From: Ascidiella aspersa
Taxonomy: Eukaryota
Assembly (NCBI GenBank): GCA_963924565.1
Contig: OZ004607.1
Coordinates: 11,532,001 to 11,596,000, forward strand
DNA length: 64,000 nucleotides
Direction of reading: 5' to 3'
Part shown: piece after piece, positions 37,701 to 51,000 of the stretch
How the letters are laid out: each line of letters begins with the position of its first letter
Numbering within the stretch: position 1 is the stretch's first letter
Position numbers and translations under genes: made by a program
Notes under the pieces: generated by a model
Database searches by the model: none
Told to the model about the DNA's origin: nothing
What the model saw: only the letters and a program-made list of their open reading frames with translations

Positions 37701-40700
37701 GACTTATTTATTTAGAAATGTTTATATCATCATACATAGCAGTGCTGTAACAACTTAAGTCAAAGACTTGACTTAAGTCACTGTTTTCAATTGACTTAAC
37801 TTAAGTATTTTCGGACAAATAATTTGGGTTGAAATGAGGGTTTTGTTTAAGTATTTTTTTAAACAAAATTGAGCTATTCATCCAAAATTATGCACCTAAA
37901 AAAATTTGCTTGCTATATTGCGTTTTTCCTATTTTTAGTTGAGTTATTGCTTATAATCCTACGAGTTGTGTAAAACACTCCTAAGCAGTTTACGGTTTGG
38001 GTGCGTCCTTATTTCCCAAAAAATTGCAAGTAGACTATTTGCGACTGTAATGAGTATCGAACTATTAGTAAAATGTCACAAACGTAAGGCTTTTTAAAGG
38101 CAAGAAATGCGTGGTTCACTTTAGCGTGGTGTGCTTTACCTATTCTCGCGTTTCGCTTCCACTTTCACGCATTGACGTAACAAGCTCGAATTCCATAACG
38201 TCAGCGCGTTCTCTAGCGAGGCGTCGATTCGCCACGTCACCCAGCCTCCTGTGACGTTGTATGTGACGTCAGTTACCCCCATTGTCGGGGCGAGTTTGGC
38301 GAAGGTGGATCTCGCTGCTGTGGCCTGGGTTGTGGTGGGGGTCGTTGACCGGGGCCTGGGGCTGGTTTGGGGTAAGGTTGGCGAAGGACTTTGCTTTTCG
38401 CGGTGAGGATTGCCTGAACGGAATAAAAATCTTTGTACACAATTGACCAGGAATTGTTTTTGTATTTTACCAAATACTTTCCATCACAAGTGTATAATTT
38501 TCGCTGTAGGGCAGTTCAGAATACGTATACTATGGTATATTTGGATTGTGTTCGAACTTAAAGTTTGCACGGTTTGTTTCTCTTTGGATAGAAAGGTCCG
38601 GTAGGTATACCAGACTTTTTATTGTTGCAATAAAAAAATGATAGTTTTTAGCTTGTAAATATACTAATATTTAAACCGTGCCATATGTTAACAACAAAAT
38701 TAATTGCATAAAGAAATATTTTGATTTGCGGTTTGCACAACTTTCAATGTATTCAATTGCAATTTTATTTGCGAATCTATAATTTACGTATATTATGCAA
38801 GTGATTTCTTGAAATAAAAAAGGCTTAAAATGATTTTATCGACTTTAAGGGTCATCTTACTGTTAGTGGAGAATTTTGATTCAGCATAGTTCCCCTTTCC
38901 TGCCGAGTTGACACCAAACACTCGCAACCTGTACGCTGTGCTTTCATTCAGTGACGTAACATGACATGACGTCATATCGCCTGCCATCACTTTCGGTTGG
39001 CCCGTATCGTTTACTTTCGCGACGGAGCAGTAGAATTGCTCACCGTTCGGAATGTGAGGTTCGAGTCGCCATTTCACCGTGACGTCATAACTGCTGACTT
39101 GAAGTATTTCGACGTCTTGAGGTGTTTGCGGCAAATCTAAACATTGTAACACTGTTAGTTGCATATTGCGAGGATAATATATAATTATATATAGGTGTTT
39201 GCTGGTTGTATAAAACGTTGTATGGCTGAATGACAGTATAAAGACCGAGGGGCAATATATAGTCATTATTTAATAATATACTATTTAATATTTAATTATA
39301 CAAAAAAAAAAGTTTGAAACAATTTTGTGGGATACTCTGTGGCATTGTTCGAAAACCTTTTTCAATTAAGTCGACTTGCCTTAAAAGTGCACTTAAGACA
39401 CCACCTAAATAACCCATAATCTTGGTAAAGTCGCATTTACAGCGCCACATATAACAGAAAAGCTATAACATGATGATTTTGATAATTAAGGATATAATAA
39501 ATTTTGAATATAGATTTCGGTTACAGTCACACTTTACATACCAATGCAACGAAGTTCAGTGTAACCCTTGTCTGTTCCAAGAATGTTGCTGGCCGAGCAG
39601 TAATAGAATCCGCAGTCCTGCAATCCCACTCGTGTCAGCTGCGCGAAAATATTAATAAAGCATATAATAAACAACAAGAGGATCAATTGAAAGTTCACAT
39701 CAAGAGATAGCGTACAGGTTTTATACATTCAATTGGAAGTCGTACATTTTTAAAACGATAAAAGTAGAGTTCACGTAATTCGTAATTTATTAGTTTACAT
39801 TTAAAAAAAAAACGACAATCGTGTTTTGTTTTGTTTTGATTCATGTTGATGAATTGAACAATTTTTCAATGACAAAAATTGGCCAAGTATAGTTGCATGA
39901 TCTGCAATTTGACATTAAACTTGAAAAAGAACGCCGTTGACTAAGCTTAAATACCGTTAGCGATCACCATACCATCAAAGTACTTCTTCGACTACTGAAA
40001 TCAATATCCTTGGTAAGGACAACGGTTCTGCCCCGGGTACCGTTTCGGATGACACCTGCGATACCAACGTCCGATGAGCGAAACGCATGTGACCACTCTA
40101 GCGCCGGCAGTGGCCCACCGTGGACAAGACACGTGATGTTAATGTTGTCTCCGACCAGCACCCTGCGCACTTCGGAAAGGTGATGAATGACTGCTGCAAC
40201 TGCGATAAAATGGAGGGGTTGATAATATGTCAATTAGAAATTACTCGCGCTAAAGTTAAGTCATTTAGTTATATAAGCGGCGCCAGCCCGCGAAGGGATT
40301 TTGAGTGGCCGCAGACTGTTTTCGGTCTTACATGATAATGTCGCCACATTCTGCCGAAATCCCCCATTCCTTGCTTACCACGTCAAATAATAGTGACTGT
40401 TCGTTTTTAGATCTTTGTTTTTTTTGTGTTTTTAGATTCTCTGTTTTGGGTTAAAATTAGATTTAGAATTTACAATAAATATTTCGTCATAAAAAAGTTG
40501 AGAAGGAGTGTTCACTCAATTCAGCCAAAAAGCAGTAGGCCTATATGTTTGCTGTGCAATGAAAATGTTGCTGTGTTCAAAGAGTACAACCAAATACGAT
40601 TTATTTTTTGTATAGGTGGATAAATACACGATTAATGTATCAATTCAGGAATACGGTCCGCCAAGTATACTTAATTTTACCATATCCGGCCCGCTGACTG

Positions 40701-43700
40701 GAGAAGTTGCCCGCCCCTGATTTAGGCTATAAGTTAAGAGAAATTTTGTAACAGTGAGATGCATCAAGTCTATAGTCACAAAAATAACTAGCCGTTCACT
40801 AAAGCAGAGAGAACAGCAACTTGGAATTAAAACAAACCATATAAAAATACTTTGTTTCATTTCCTCATTACCTTTCTGCCATAGATTTCGCAAATTACCA
40901 AGATTACTCCCAGCGAAAAGACACAGCTTTAAACTATTTAAATTTGATTTAGCAATTTTGGTTAAGCTATACGAGCCCGTCCTAAATAATTCTGTCGTCC
41001 AGTTTCACGGCTTCCATCACCTGTATGGTACAAAATCAAATATGACCATGGACGATTGGGTTTAATATCTGTAAAAAACTTACACTGTACTCTAACTTGA
41101 AACTCGTTGAAAACCATTCCGAGATGGTTCTCGGCCTGACAGCGGTAAATTCCCCGATGGTGACTAGTGACGTTGACAAGGTGCAGTGAAGTCAAGGAGT
41201 TTCCCAAAGTCAGGCTGTCGTTGTGTGCTGTAATGGGCTGCCTATCCTTGAACCTTAAAAGACATAGAATTTTAAGTTTTATCGGTCCCTTGCATTAGAT
41301 AATCCATCCTTATGCTTAGGTTTTTTTTAAACTCATTTAAAGTCATTCTTTATGGCTTGTAAAACAATAAAAATTGACGAAACACGAAACTGTAGGAAAA
41401 ATAGATAAGAATGTAAGCTGCCGGTATTCGGATTTGTCAAAGTTATTGGTAAATTTAAAGCTAAGTACTTTCAAAAATATACACTAAATTATTTAAACAA
41501 TGTGAAAAATATTCCCCATTCTACATCAGAATAGTATGTACTGCTTTACATTTATTCCCTATGGCATAATCGTAGCTATAGACATAAATCGTATCTGTAA
41601 GTGTAACAACACAACGAATCCATATTAGAGTACCAAATAAAAACGTACCGAGGTGATCAATTACGTCACGCCAACAAAAGTTACTCTTTCCCTATTAGTT
41701 CCATACCAAGTGTAGGTTGGAGAAGGAAGGGCGGTCGATGAGCAATCGAACGTGAGGTTCAAGCCAGCCTTCACTACATAACGACTTCTGGTACGATGAA
41801 GGAACACTGGAGCATCTGTTACAAAAATATAGTCTTATCTTAAAATATAGTTGAAACATGCTCACCGGACAATGGGACCCGACAGTAATACTTTTACTGT
41901 AGGGTCGTTAAAGATGTTAATATGTTTTAGTAGTTTAAAATGCTTCCGACGACATTCTGCTACCAACACATTGTATAATTCATTTCTTTAAGAATTTCTA
42001 TCATAATTAAAGTTAAACAAGCTTTGTTGCTATATTGTACACCTGGTTATGGTATCCTTCCTGGCATTTAAACCGTAAAAAAATAGCTTGAGAATGAGGA
42101 GAGATAGTAAAAACAACGAAAGCTGTATAGATTGTGTAACTTTTTCGCAATAATGTCGAGTGTTAAACGACCAGTCTTACAAGCAAACAGCAACGAACAA
42201 AACTGTTGCTCCGGTTACACATACACTGAACGGTGAGATTAGTTGTCGATTCCTGATCGTCGCCAATCCCGTTGAAGGTCTTGCAGCGAAACACTCCGGA
42301 ATCGTTGCGATAAACGGGGTCCACGGTAAGATTTCCCGAGGGGCTGAGACTAAACCTGTCGCTGGTCCGACTGTCTGGGATTGACGACACAGTTTTGAGC
42401 AGGGGAGTTTCCCACACGAACCAGGGACGGGGATTTCCCTTTCCACCACACGGAAGGGTCACTGACCCGCCTTCGAAGGTCGTCGCAAGGCTGGTGAGTG
42501 CGTAACTAGCGGTAGCCGGATCTGAAGCGATGCGAAATAAAACAAAAAAACAATGAGAAATATTTTTTACTGCAATTTTTAGCATGCCAGTTTTGGAAGT
42601 GGTTACAAAGATCTTAAGAATCTTCTTACAACATTTGTAAAAAGTAATTTGTGATTTTAAAACGTTTATTATTTCGTTCAATCGTGTAAAGATGGCTAAA
42701 CGGAAAAGTATGGACTTTTTTTACTTGGTTAAATTGGTATGAGTAGTTAAACTATACAAATTTAAACTTTCACCTATATATATCTACAACCTATAACACT
42801 ATAAAATGATTACATGAAAATCAATTTTTTTGACGAAAATTCAACTCTTTTTGTTAAACATACAAATAAGCCTTAAAAATAATATTAGTTAAAAACCGAA
42901 AAATTTCTCCACTGACAGTGAACATCCAAGGTGATGTTGACGCGTGTAGGTGTTCCTACGTCATTGCTGATGACGCAAGCGTATACTCCCGCTACTTTCC
43001 GAGTGACGTCTTTGATTTCCAGACGACTATCCATGCCTGAATTAATTATCCTAGAATACAAAATCGTAAAAAAATGGTAATCATGTATTCACATTACACC
43101 AATTAAGTAGAAATATACAATTTTCTTACCTTAGATACGGATACACTTCACTTTGATCAAATCCAAATACACTAGACCTGAAAACAGTTTATAAAGCAAA
43201 ATGAGAAATGTCTCGTTGTCGTTGAATGCGGTGTACTAGTAAATAACTTACCATCCGAAAAGGTCGATTGGTTGCTCCTTGTAGACCCACTTGAATGTGA
43301 CATTGTCGGGTACAGCTTGTGTCGTCACCATCATTGTGACGTCATTACCTTCAGTGACGGTTACCGGTTGGTCGGGGTAATCGATGAAAACGGCTGGACC
43401 TACATGAAACGTGTCGTTTTATCAATATTCTTAATGAACGGAGCATATAAAATTTGTTATGGTCGTAGCATTTAAAGGTTAAAAACAAAACAAATCTGAT
43501 AATTGTTGCACTTAACTCACAGACAATGGAACCCAGGTCTTACTTTTTGTATCATTTTACTTTGGAGGAAGCAACATTTTTTGACAAACCTGTTACGACT
43601 GACAGGCAATCTAAGGACCACGATAGCTATAACTGGTAAATGCTTTTTACAAAGTAAAACGTTATGACTATTGTTGATATAGGACCTGCAAAAGTTACAT

Positions 43701-46700
43701 TATATTTATAGGCTACAACATTCTTTTTCAAACTTAGCTTTTTTAATGCCTTTATTTAACAGTCAACTATCTAAAAGTAATTAATAACACCACTCTTTAT
43801 GATTTAGTTAACGTATATATTCGGCATAAAATTAGATACTATATGCAATTCTAACATGCTGGATTGCTGGTCTTACGTTTAAGGTAAAGCTGAAAATAAG
43901 AGTTTCTTGTTCCGACTTGATTAGTCACCTGACATCGATACAACCCCTCCAAAGATTGAGAGAAATCTAAAAAAAATCGATTTGATTTTTAGTCATTTTT
44001 GGAGTCATTATTAGGTATGTAATTACCGTAAAAGTAAAAGGAGGTGAGACAAATAAAAATTCATCTTATTAGATTAACATCCTAACCTGAAATATGGATG
44101 CTTTTTCCCTGCACGAACCAAATACGCTTATCGTGATGAACGTTTAACGCGGATTCCATATCGCGTTCATTGCCGTGAAAGTACCTGAAGCAAAAACACG
44201 AAATACATTAATTACGAACAAAATCAAAATTTAAATCGCCTGGCAAAATCACAAAAGCATTACCAAATGTAGACAATATCCCCGGGAAGTGCAGTTGCGC
44301 GACAGGGTAAGTTGACGTCAGCATTTTTGTCCAGGTATATGGTGGAGTTCGTCGGAGTCTCAAAATGGGGCGGGTCTAAAACGACATTAGATTTGGTGAA
44401 ACCTCTACAAGACAGAAACCTTAAATGTACCGTTTTCATATCACGGTATAAAAAGCGGTACGGTATAGGTAATATGAAAATTATTTCTATAAACATTATA
44501 AAATAAAGATAACAATGGAATACTTCATGATAATTATACAATCATATTAGATGGCCTGCAAGGCGGTGGTAAACAGTAAAGTGTCAATGTCATTGAAAAG
44601 CATAGTCATGCTAAACTCGGGATTTAAAATCGAAGAAACAAACAAAAGCAGTTATACAACCCCAAACCATCGTTAATTTCGAAAACTTACACGTTACTAC
44701 AAGTTCGGTGAGGGCTTCCCCTTGTTCGAAACTGGGCAGCGGTGTGACCTGGCACCGGTACTTTCCCGCGTCCGATTTGAGAACAGGGGATATCTCCAAG
44801 GAAGCACCTCCTACCTGCTTAAGTCTGCCTCCATGGTGCTTTTGGTCGAGCGAGTTCTGCGAAAGAACAATGAAAGAAATTACATTTGCTATGAAATAGT
44901 CTCCTTAGTCGACAGAAATGAAAAACGTATTGTCATCTGTAAAGTCTTCTTGTACTGTTTAATAGTCGCTGTATGTTCTGCTATAGGTTCTCTTAATAGC
45001 TGCATCCTCTTCCGCGAATTGTTAACTTCCAAAAGGTAATACGCAGGGTTATAAAAACGTTAAAAAATTTCACAAATAGGCCACGTACCAACCAGCAAGT
45101 TGCACAAACTAGAACTGGTTTTGCCTTGTGACTCCAACCAGCATATGAAAGCAAATAAATAAACTAATTCAATTTACCTTATTGTTACACTTACGTTTAT
45201 GGCCACATTCTCGAACTGCTTACCAGCAATGTGACGTAACAAAACATTTTTTCAGACGAATCAACATTACCACTGAACTGCTAAATTAAATTTCATGTAA
45301 AAGTTAAATTGGCATGGTTTCAAAGTATATCCGAAAGTTACAGTTATTTAGTGTTACTGTTAACAGTAAACTGCGGTTGACATCGCCAAGTGGCAAATAT
45401 TGCCATGAAATTCTGGCCAAAGTGGCTATAATTACCCACTCTTATTCCAATATAAATTCTAATCACTATATAGAAGAAAACAACGCGGGTAAGGGTTCCA
45501 GTGCAAAAGTAACACACCCCAAACTGTACCTGGGAATTGTAGACGGTAGTGGCCGAACCTAGACTGTCCAGTTTTTGCCAGAGTACGACAAAAACTGTGT
45601 CTAGCGGTTGCTCGTCAGCGTAGGAACAACGCAACACAAATCTGTCACCTTCTATCGCCTCCTCAAACAAAGGTGTGATGACACGAAATGTCGAACCTCC
45701 TGTGAAATAGTTGGATGGAAGTTGTTAGACATCAGTTGTTATTCAAGCAGTGGACTTGAGGGCTTTGTAAGATTAAAACATTTCAAGGCGAAATGAAAAA
45801 GATTTGGTTTCATTATTAGTAAAATCTAGGGCGCTCTTCCGCAATCCTGACACAACGTAGGCTGATACATTATTTGCGTTGGGGTGTTAGTGGACCAAGT
45901 TGTGTTAAAATAATGATGCTTCACCCACCCAAACCCAGACACTAACCCGTACCCTAACCCAGATGTGCGTCGATTTAATAGTTGTTTTGAAGGCTGTGGT
46001 AAGATTTTAGACCAGCGTCATCTAGACTTTTTCAAAAATCGAAATGACGATCTGCGCTATACGAACGTAGACTATTTGGCGTCTTAAACACCAGATTTAA
46101 AGCTAATTGTTAAACACAATGGCATGGTATTTAATTTAACTTGGTATTACTAAAAGCGGGGACGACAAATTCATAGAATACTTAACACATTTTTTTAGTT
46201 ACTCGTCTGATAACATCAAAATAAACTTTTAGTTAAACCTTAAGCAATTTTAACATATAAATTGGCATAAATATTATAGTAACTAATATATATAATTTCA
46301 ACTCAGTGTTTCAAAAAATGTGTAAAGTATTTACCAAATGGAATAACTGTGTAGTGTTTTTCATAACGTTTGATGCTGTATATTCTTATTTTTTGATAAC
46401 TTAGGGAAGTGACAAAATAACAAGTTTGTTCAACAAATTAAATAACCATTATGTATAGTCTAGTGTTTAAACTGCCAAATATATAACAACAAATGACCTA
46501 ACCAGATTAAATATTTAATGCTGTGGTACGATGTGTCTAAATCCTCTCACGATACATTTGGCCATATGCGAAATGTAGGACAACTGAGATTAAGACGGGC
46601 AAAACCCAATGAGTATAGCAATAACAAAACAAGCGAAATTTTGGTTTGCAGTTTTAGACGTAAAGTTATTTATTGCCGCAATATTTTTTTGTTCAGTTAA

Positions 46701-46820
46701 TTGTCTTTTAATGAAGACTAAATAAACATTAACATAGGCCTATTCAAGTTATCTTGACTTACCGTGGAAGCAAATTAACGAATGAATTAACCAAAAATGC
46801 AGCAAGCCAAGGTTCAACAT
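34725..46820 (-). CDS. Ig-superfamily type I membrane adhesion protein (signal peptide, 6 Ig, FN3, Ser/Thr-rich stalk, Cys-containing FN3-like domain, TM, short basic tail); Turtle/IGSF9- or echinoid/nephrin-like
   Basis: Approximate exons: 46820-46763 (MLNLGLLHFWLIHSLICFH), 45700-45529, 44856-44691, 44375-44264, 44184-44087, 43966-43877, 43399-43252, 43177-43130, 43050-42917, 42521-42225, 41816-41707, 41253-41084, 40201-39972, 39636-39538, 39137-38861, 38414-38140, 37562-37399, 36780-36620 (TM ALAIAGALLAVTSVLIVYVITYV-HLRNRRR), 35591-35478, 34809-34725. Ig motifs: DAGKYRC, EGLYRC, AGVYAC, DSGVFRC, RGIYRC, DCGFYYC. FN3 motif: LNESTAYRLRVFGVNSAGKG. Confidence 0.88.
37740..37810. mobile_element. 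End of a hAT-like element with GACTTAAGTC subterminal motifs
   Basis: CAGTGCTGTAACAACTTAAGTCAAAGACTTGACTTAAGTCACTG; a related opposite end lies at ~60400-60750 (...GACTTCGTCACAACACTG). Confidence 0.45.
40275..40719 (+). mobile_element. Buster/SPIN-type hAT transposon remnant with N-terminal zinc-finger fragment
   Basis: Translates SRPICLLCNENVAVFKEYN, matching the GTF2IRD2/SPIN-like BED-finger motif. Right TIR is GAAGTTGCCCGCCCCTG. Confidence 0.7.
45820..46035. repeat. Small interspersed element with (TAACCC)-like internal repeats
   Basis: AAAATCTAG ... CACTAACCCGTACCCTAACCC ... TCTAGACTTTT, with short inverted ends. Confidence 0.35.
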
Positions 46821-48067
46821 CTGCTTTTTCTACACACTGCCAATCGTCCTAAACAGGGCATTTCAGAACACTGCCTATTCGAGTTCTCTGTAAACTAGGC
46901 TTCTGTAACAACACAAAAGCCGGTAAATATTATATCTAACAACTGATCACCCTTGATACAGAATAAGCGCATGTTAACGTCATCATCCAACATTTATTGC
47001 TAAATTAACAAAACCAATTTGTTTTAATGCTGTTGGCTTGGACAATTTGAAGCATTTTAGCATTTCTAAATTGCATTAAAATTGAATCAAAGCTTTCATA
47101 TTCGCGTAAAGAAAATCTAAATTAAAATCTAAACGAGAAATGGGCCTACCATAATTAAGTCACAATTATTGTTGATAAAATTGCATTTCTATACCAACTA
47201 AAGTTGACCTAAACTAGCAGCAAACTAAGTCTGCCTGTAGCTAAAGCGTAATAGAACAACCATGTTCTAAAACTAAATTTATAATTTCGGTATGTAATAA
47301 ATAAACTTTTCTTTCTACAGCTTTTCCAAAGATTACGGCCTAACGAAGTTATTTTAAACTGATATGAATTTTACAGATTTATCTTTGTTTTTGCAATCAA
47401 AAAACGTATTCTGTACTCAACAGGCGTTTTACTTTATTTGAAACTCAGAAGCTGCCGAACATAGTATTCAGCGCTCTGCAGAAGGTTTGCCAGAACGTAA
47501 ACCAGAAAATGCCATATGTCAATGTAGGGCCAAGTCGCTATTAACAAAGGTCTTAGTGCAAATCTAAGGATGTTGCGCTTGGTTAAGCAAATCCACCCTC
47601 GAATTAGGCAAGTGTTAATCAGAGCTTTTTAAGGTTTGTCCCGTCATGCAAATGCTATCCCTGGCAAGTATAAAATTAAGAAAGCGGTCATTGCATTAGC
47701 CACATTAATTCTCTATAAAGTTAATTGTGGTTTATTAGTTTAATTCTCTGTAAAAAACAATTGTTTGTTTGTTTAAAAGGTTTTTGATGGCCATTTAAAC
47801 GAGGCCATTGGCCAACTAAAATATATCCATTTCTCTCGTGCTTGGCCAAGAGGGTTTAAGAGAGAATTACGAAGATTTTGGTATTTTTTGCAGCTTACTA
47901 TACAGATGAGTGCCAATGGCAACAAACAACAGCGACCAACAAATGATGCTATTATCACAAGCAACTTAATGTATTATAAGGCAAACAAAAACTTTGAAAA
48001 CTGGCGCTTATTGCTAAACTCATCCGCCATCGAAATAAAAAGCAGATCAGAAATAATCAAAAACAGT

Positions 48068-51000
48068 TTATGTTTTTTTCGCTTTTTTCTTAGGCGGGGC
48101 TTTGCCCTTTGCGGCTGCGCTTGTTTCTTTCGTCTTTTTGGTGGCTGCTTCACTGGCCGCCTTCGGCTGGTTCTTCTTTGGTTTGGCTTCCGCCGCTTCT
48201 TTCTTTTTCGCCTTTGCTGGTGAACGTGCAGCTGTAAAAGTGATTTTAGCGCCCATTCAAAAATCATAACAAAAACCAAACTAAAAAGCAGCAAGACCGC
48301 GGTTTATTTCGCTAGAGTAGGACTATGGTTTGGAGTACGGCTACGCGAAACTAGTCCCGAGTCCCCCGACGTGCGCATGCGCAGTTTCAAATTCGAAAAA
48401 TATAAGGCTAAAAACTGCTCAACTTGCTGTAAATTGTAAAGGTGGTATAGTCATTATTGGTGTAACATATTTACTACTTATTGCGGGTATAGGTGAACTA
48501 GCTACTTGTTGTGGGTAGGCGAGTTGCATGACACCCCCATGAGTGGATTGCTGTATATATCCACCCTATTTTGGTTACTTAAATGGGTAGATCCAGGCTG
48601 TATAGTCAGTGCCAAACTCGGAACTTTGACTTTATGTTTTCCCACGGGGACGCCTCGGGTGTTGGGTGGTTTCTAACCGACTCCGCAGCCATGGATAGCT
48701 GGCCCTTGTGTAACAATAGTCACGTCACTTGCACTTGCAAAGTACATGTTTTATGGACACAAACATCTGCGTTAAAAACGTAGACAAATACATGGACATC
48801 TGTATTTAATATTCTGAAAGACGCTTAGGTTTACATAACGGGTTTTGCAACATCTACTATAAAAATAAAACATCAAAATTTTAGTTCATAATTCAATAAA
48901 TGAGTTAAACCTGTTGGAGATTTTTTGATGGCTTTTGTTTGTTTGACTGCTTTCTTGGTTGTGGCAGTCTGAAAAAAAAAAACAATTACTGTTTAAATAT
49001 TGTAGTCGAGGATTTGGTGGTCTACATGAGAAAATAATTTTGCTGTTATCATATTGAGGTTTTATAACTTAAAAAAATGTTACTGTTTAACTAGTCTAAC
49101 ACAACGAAGTCCAGTCCCATTTTGAGCATATACTAGAAAATTCATAATTAACATTGTGGAATTTAAGGTAAGCTGAACAACTTCTTGGAAACATGTTTGC
49201 GTCCATGTCTTTTTCAATTCTACAATGTTGAAAAAGTGTAGGTGTTGTGGCCCGTATAGTACAGGGGTCGGCAACCTTTTTATAGTCGCGGGACAAAACC
49301 AAACTCGGAAAGGTCTCTGCGGGCCGCACAAAATGATAACTAAGAATTGTGTTGTTAAAATGTTAGAACTACTGTGAATCAGGCGGGCCTAGGATATTTT
49401 TGCAATTAAAATGTGTTTAATTACTTTTAAGGAGGCAGTAAAATGTTGGCGCAGAGCAATAAAAGCGTTTGTTTGTTTTAAAATTAGAGTTCACACGTCG
49501 TCATCCATACTACTAATGAAAAGTGTAATAAAACTACTTTGAGGGAACACGATAACATTTAAAGTTAATCTAGTTCAGTGTTTGTTAACCTTTGAACTGA
49601 GGGCACACCTGGCGAGCGAAGCGAGCACGATTTTTCTTTAGTTTACCGGCATTACTTTTAAAGTTTACCGGCATTACTTTAAGCCGTTTACCGGCATTAC
49701 TTTTAAAAGTTTTTATTACATTGCCGAAAAAAAAATGTTAAAAAATATATGTTCAATATTTTGAATACGTTTTTGTCCGCGACGCACTTGGCTGCCTTCC
49801 ACGGCGCAACGGTTAAGAAGCGCTGATCTTAGGTGAAAACACAGCATCAAACGTAAACAAAGCGGACGTAAAATGATGATTCGCGCAAAGTGCGAAAATT
49901 TTTTGCAATTACCAAGTTAAAATAGTCAAAATGTACAGTATGTTAAATGTACAGTATGTTAAATGGACTCGTGTGTAATTTGTCAAAGAGGCGGCGGGCT
50001 GGATGTATTACATCAGCGGGCCGTACGTTGCCGACCCCTGGTATAGTGTGTCGCCATACCAATAAAATTAGCTAACGACTAAAACACGTTACTAATATCG
50101 TTCAACAACCATAGTTTTAACGTTAAGTAAAGTAAGTATACAAAAAAAGTTTGAAATCAACCCAACTGACTGATCATGGATCGATAAGGACAAAATATTA
50201 AACTGCGCAACAAGGTAATAATTCTAAGCGCGTGATCAAATCATGTGTTGCGACGCCAAGTTTTTTTTATGATCAGGGGTTAAATCTGACTGTTCACTTG
50301 CCTAATAGTCGAAAGCAGTTTATTTAACACTTTCTTCGCAAAAATTAACAACAAAGATATTAATCGGACGAAAAGTTCAGTTCAGAAGCGCACGTCTAAG
50401 TCAACGTAAAAAGCGTACCTTTGCGGTTTTTGCTTTGGCAGTTACAGTTTTGACAGCTTTCGCTCCGGTCGCTGATTTGACTTTCTTTCCAACTGCAGGC
50501 GACATACCCAGCGACATTCGCGCTTGCTTCACCTTGTCCTGAGCCAGCTGCAAAAAGTTAACAAAAAATAAGGCCAAAGATTAAGTGCTTTCATTTCAAA
50601 ACAGGAAGCTGGTCTATTACTTAAAAACTTAGTTCTTACCTTTACAGAATAGGGTTTCTCCTTCAGGCTTTTCAGCTTGTCGCTGTCTACCTTGGCAGCT
50701 GTTTTCTTCGCAGCAGCCTTGGCCTTGGCACTTTTGTCGCTGGTCTTTTTCTTGACTTTGGTTTTTAACTTTTTCTGCTGCTTCAGCCATTGTTGGTTGA
50801 GTTTGAAGCGTCCCTGCAGGCCTGGTGGAATTAGGATGATGTCAGCGTAACATATACAAAACAACTCATGAATATAATTTAAACAGTAAACTCTTTAGTC
50901 TTAACATAGTTACAAATGTACAAATCAACTCTAAAAATAAAAAAAAATAATTTTAACTTAGATATTTTGCATTTTTACGTCATAATAACCAGGCATAAAG

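Noticed and set aside
38160-38275. Cluster of TGACGT (CRE-like) motifs
   Set aside because: Falls inside a coding exon of the Ig gene (VTDVTYNVT...).
43521-43632. Candidate extra Ig-gene exon with AG/GT ends
   Set aside because: The peptide is not Ig-like, its exit phase does not fit, and the chain is complete without it.
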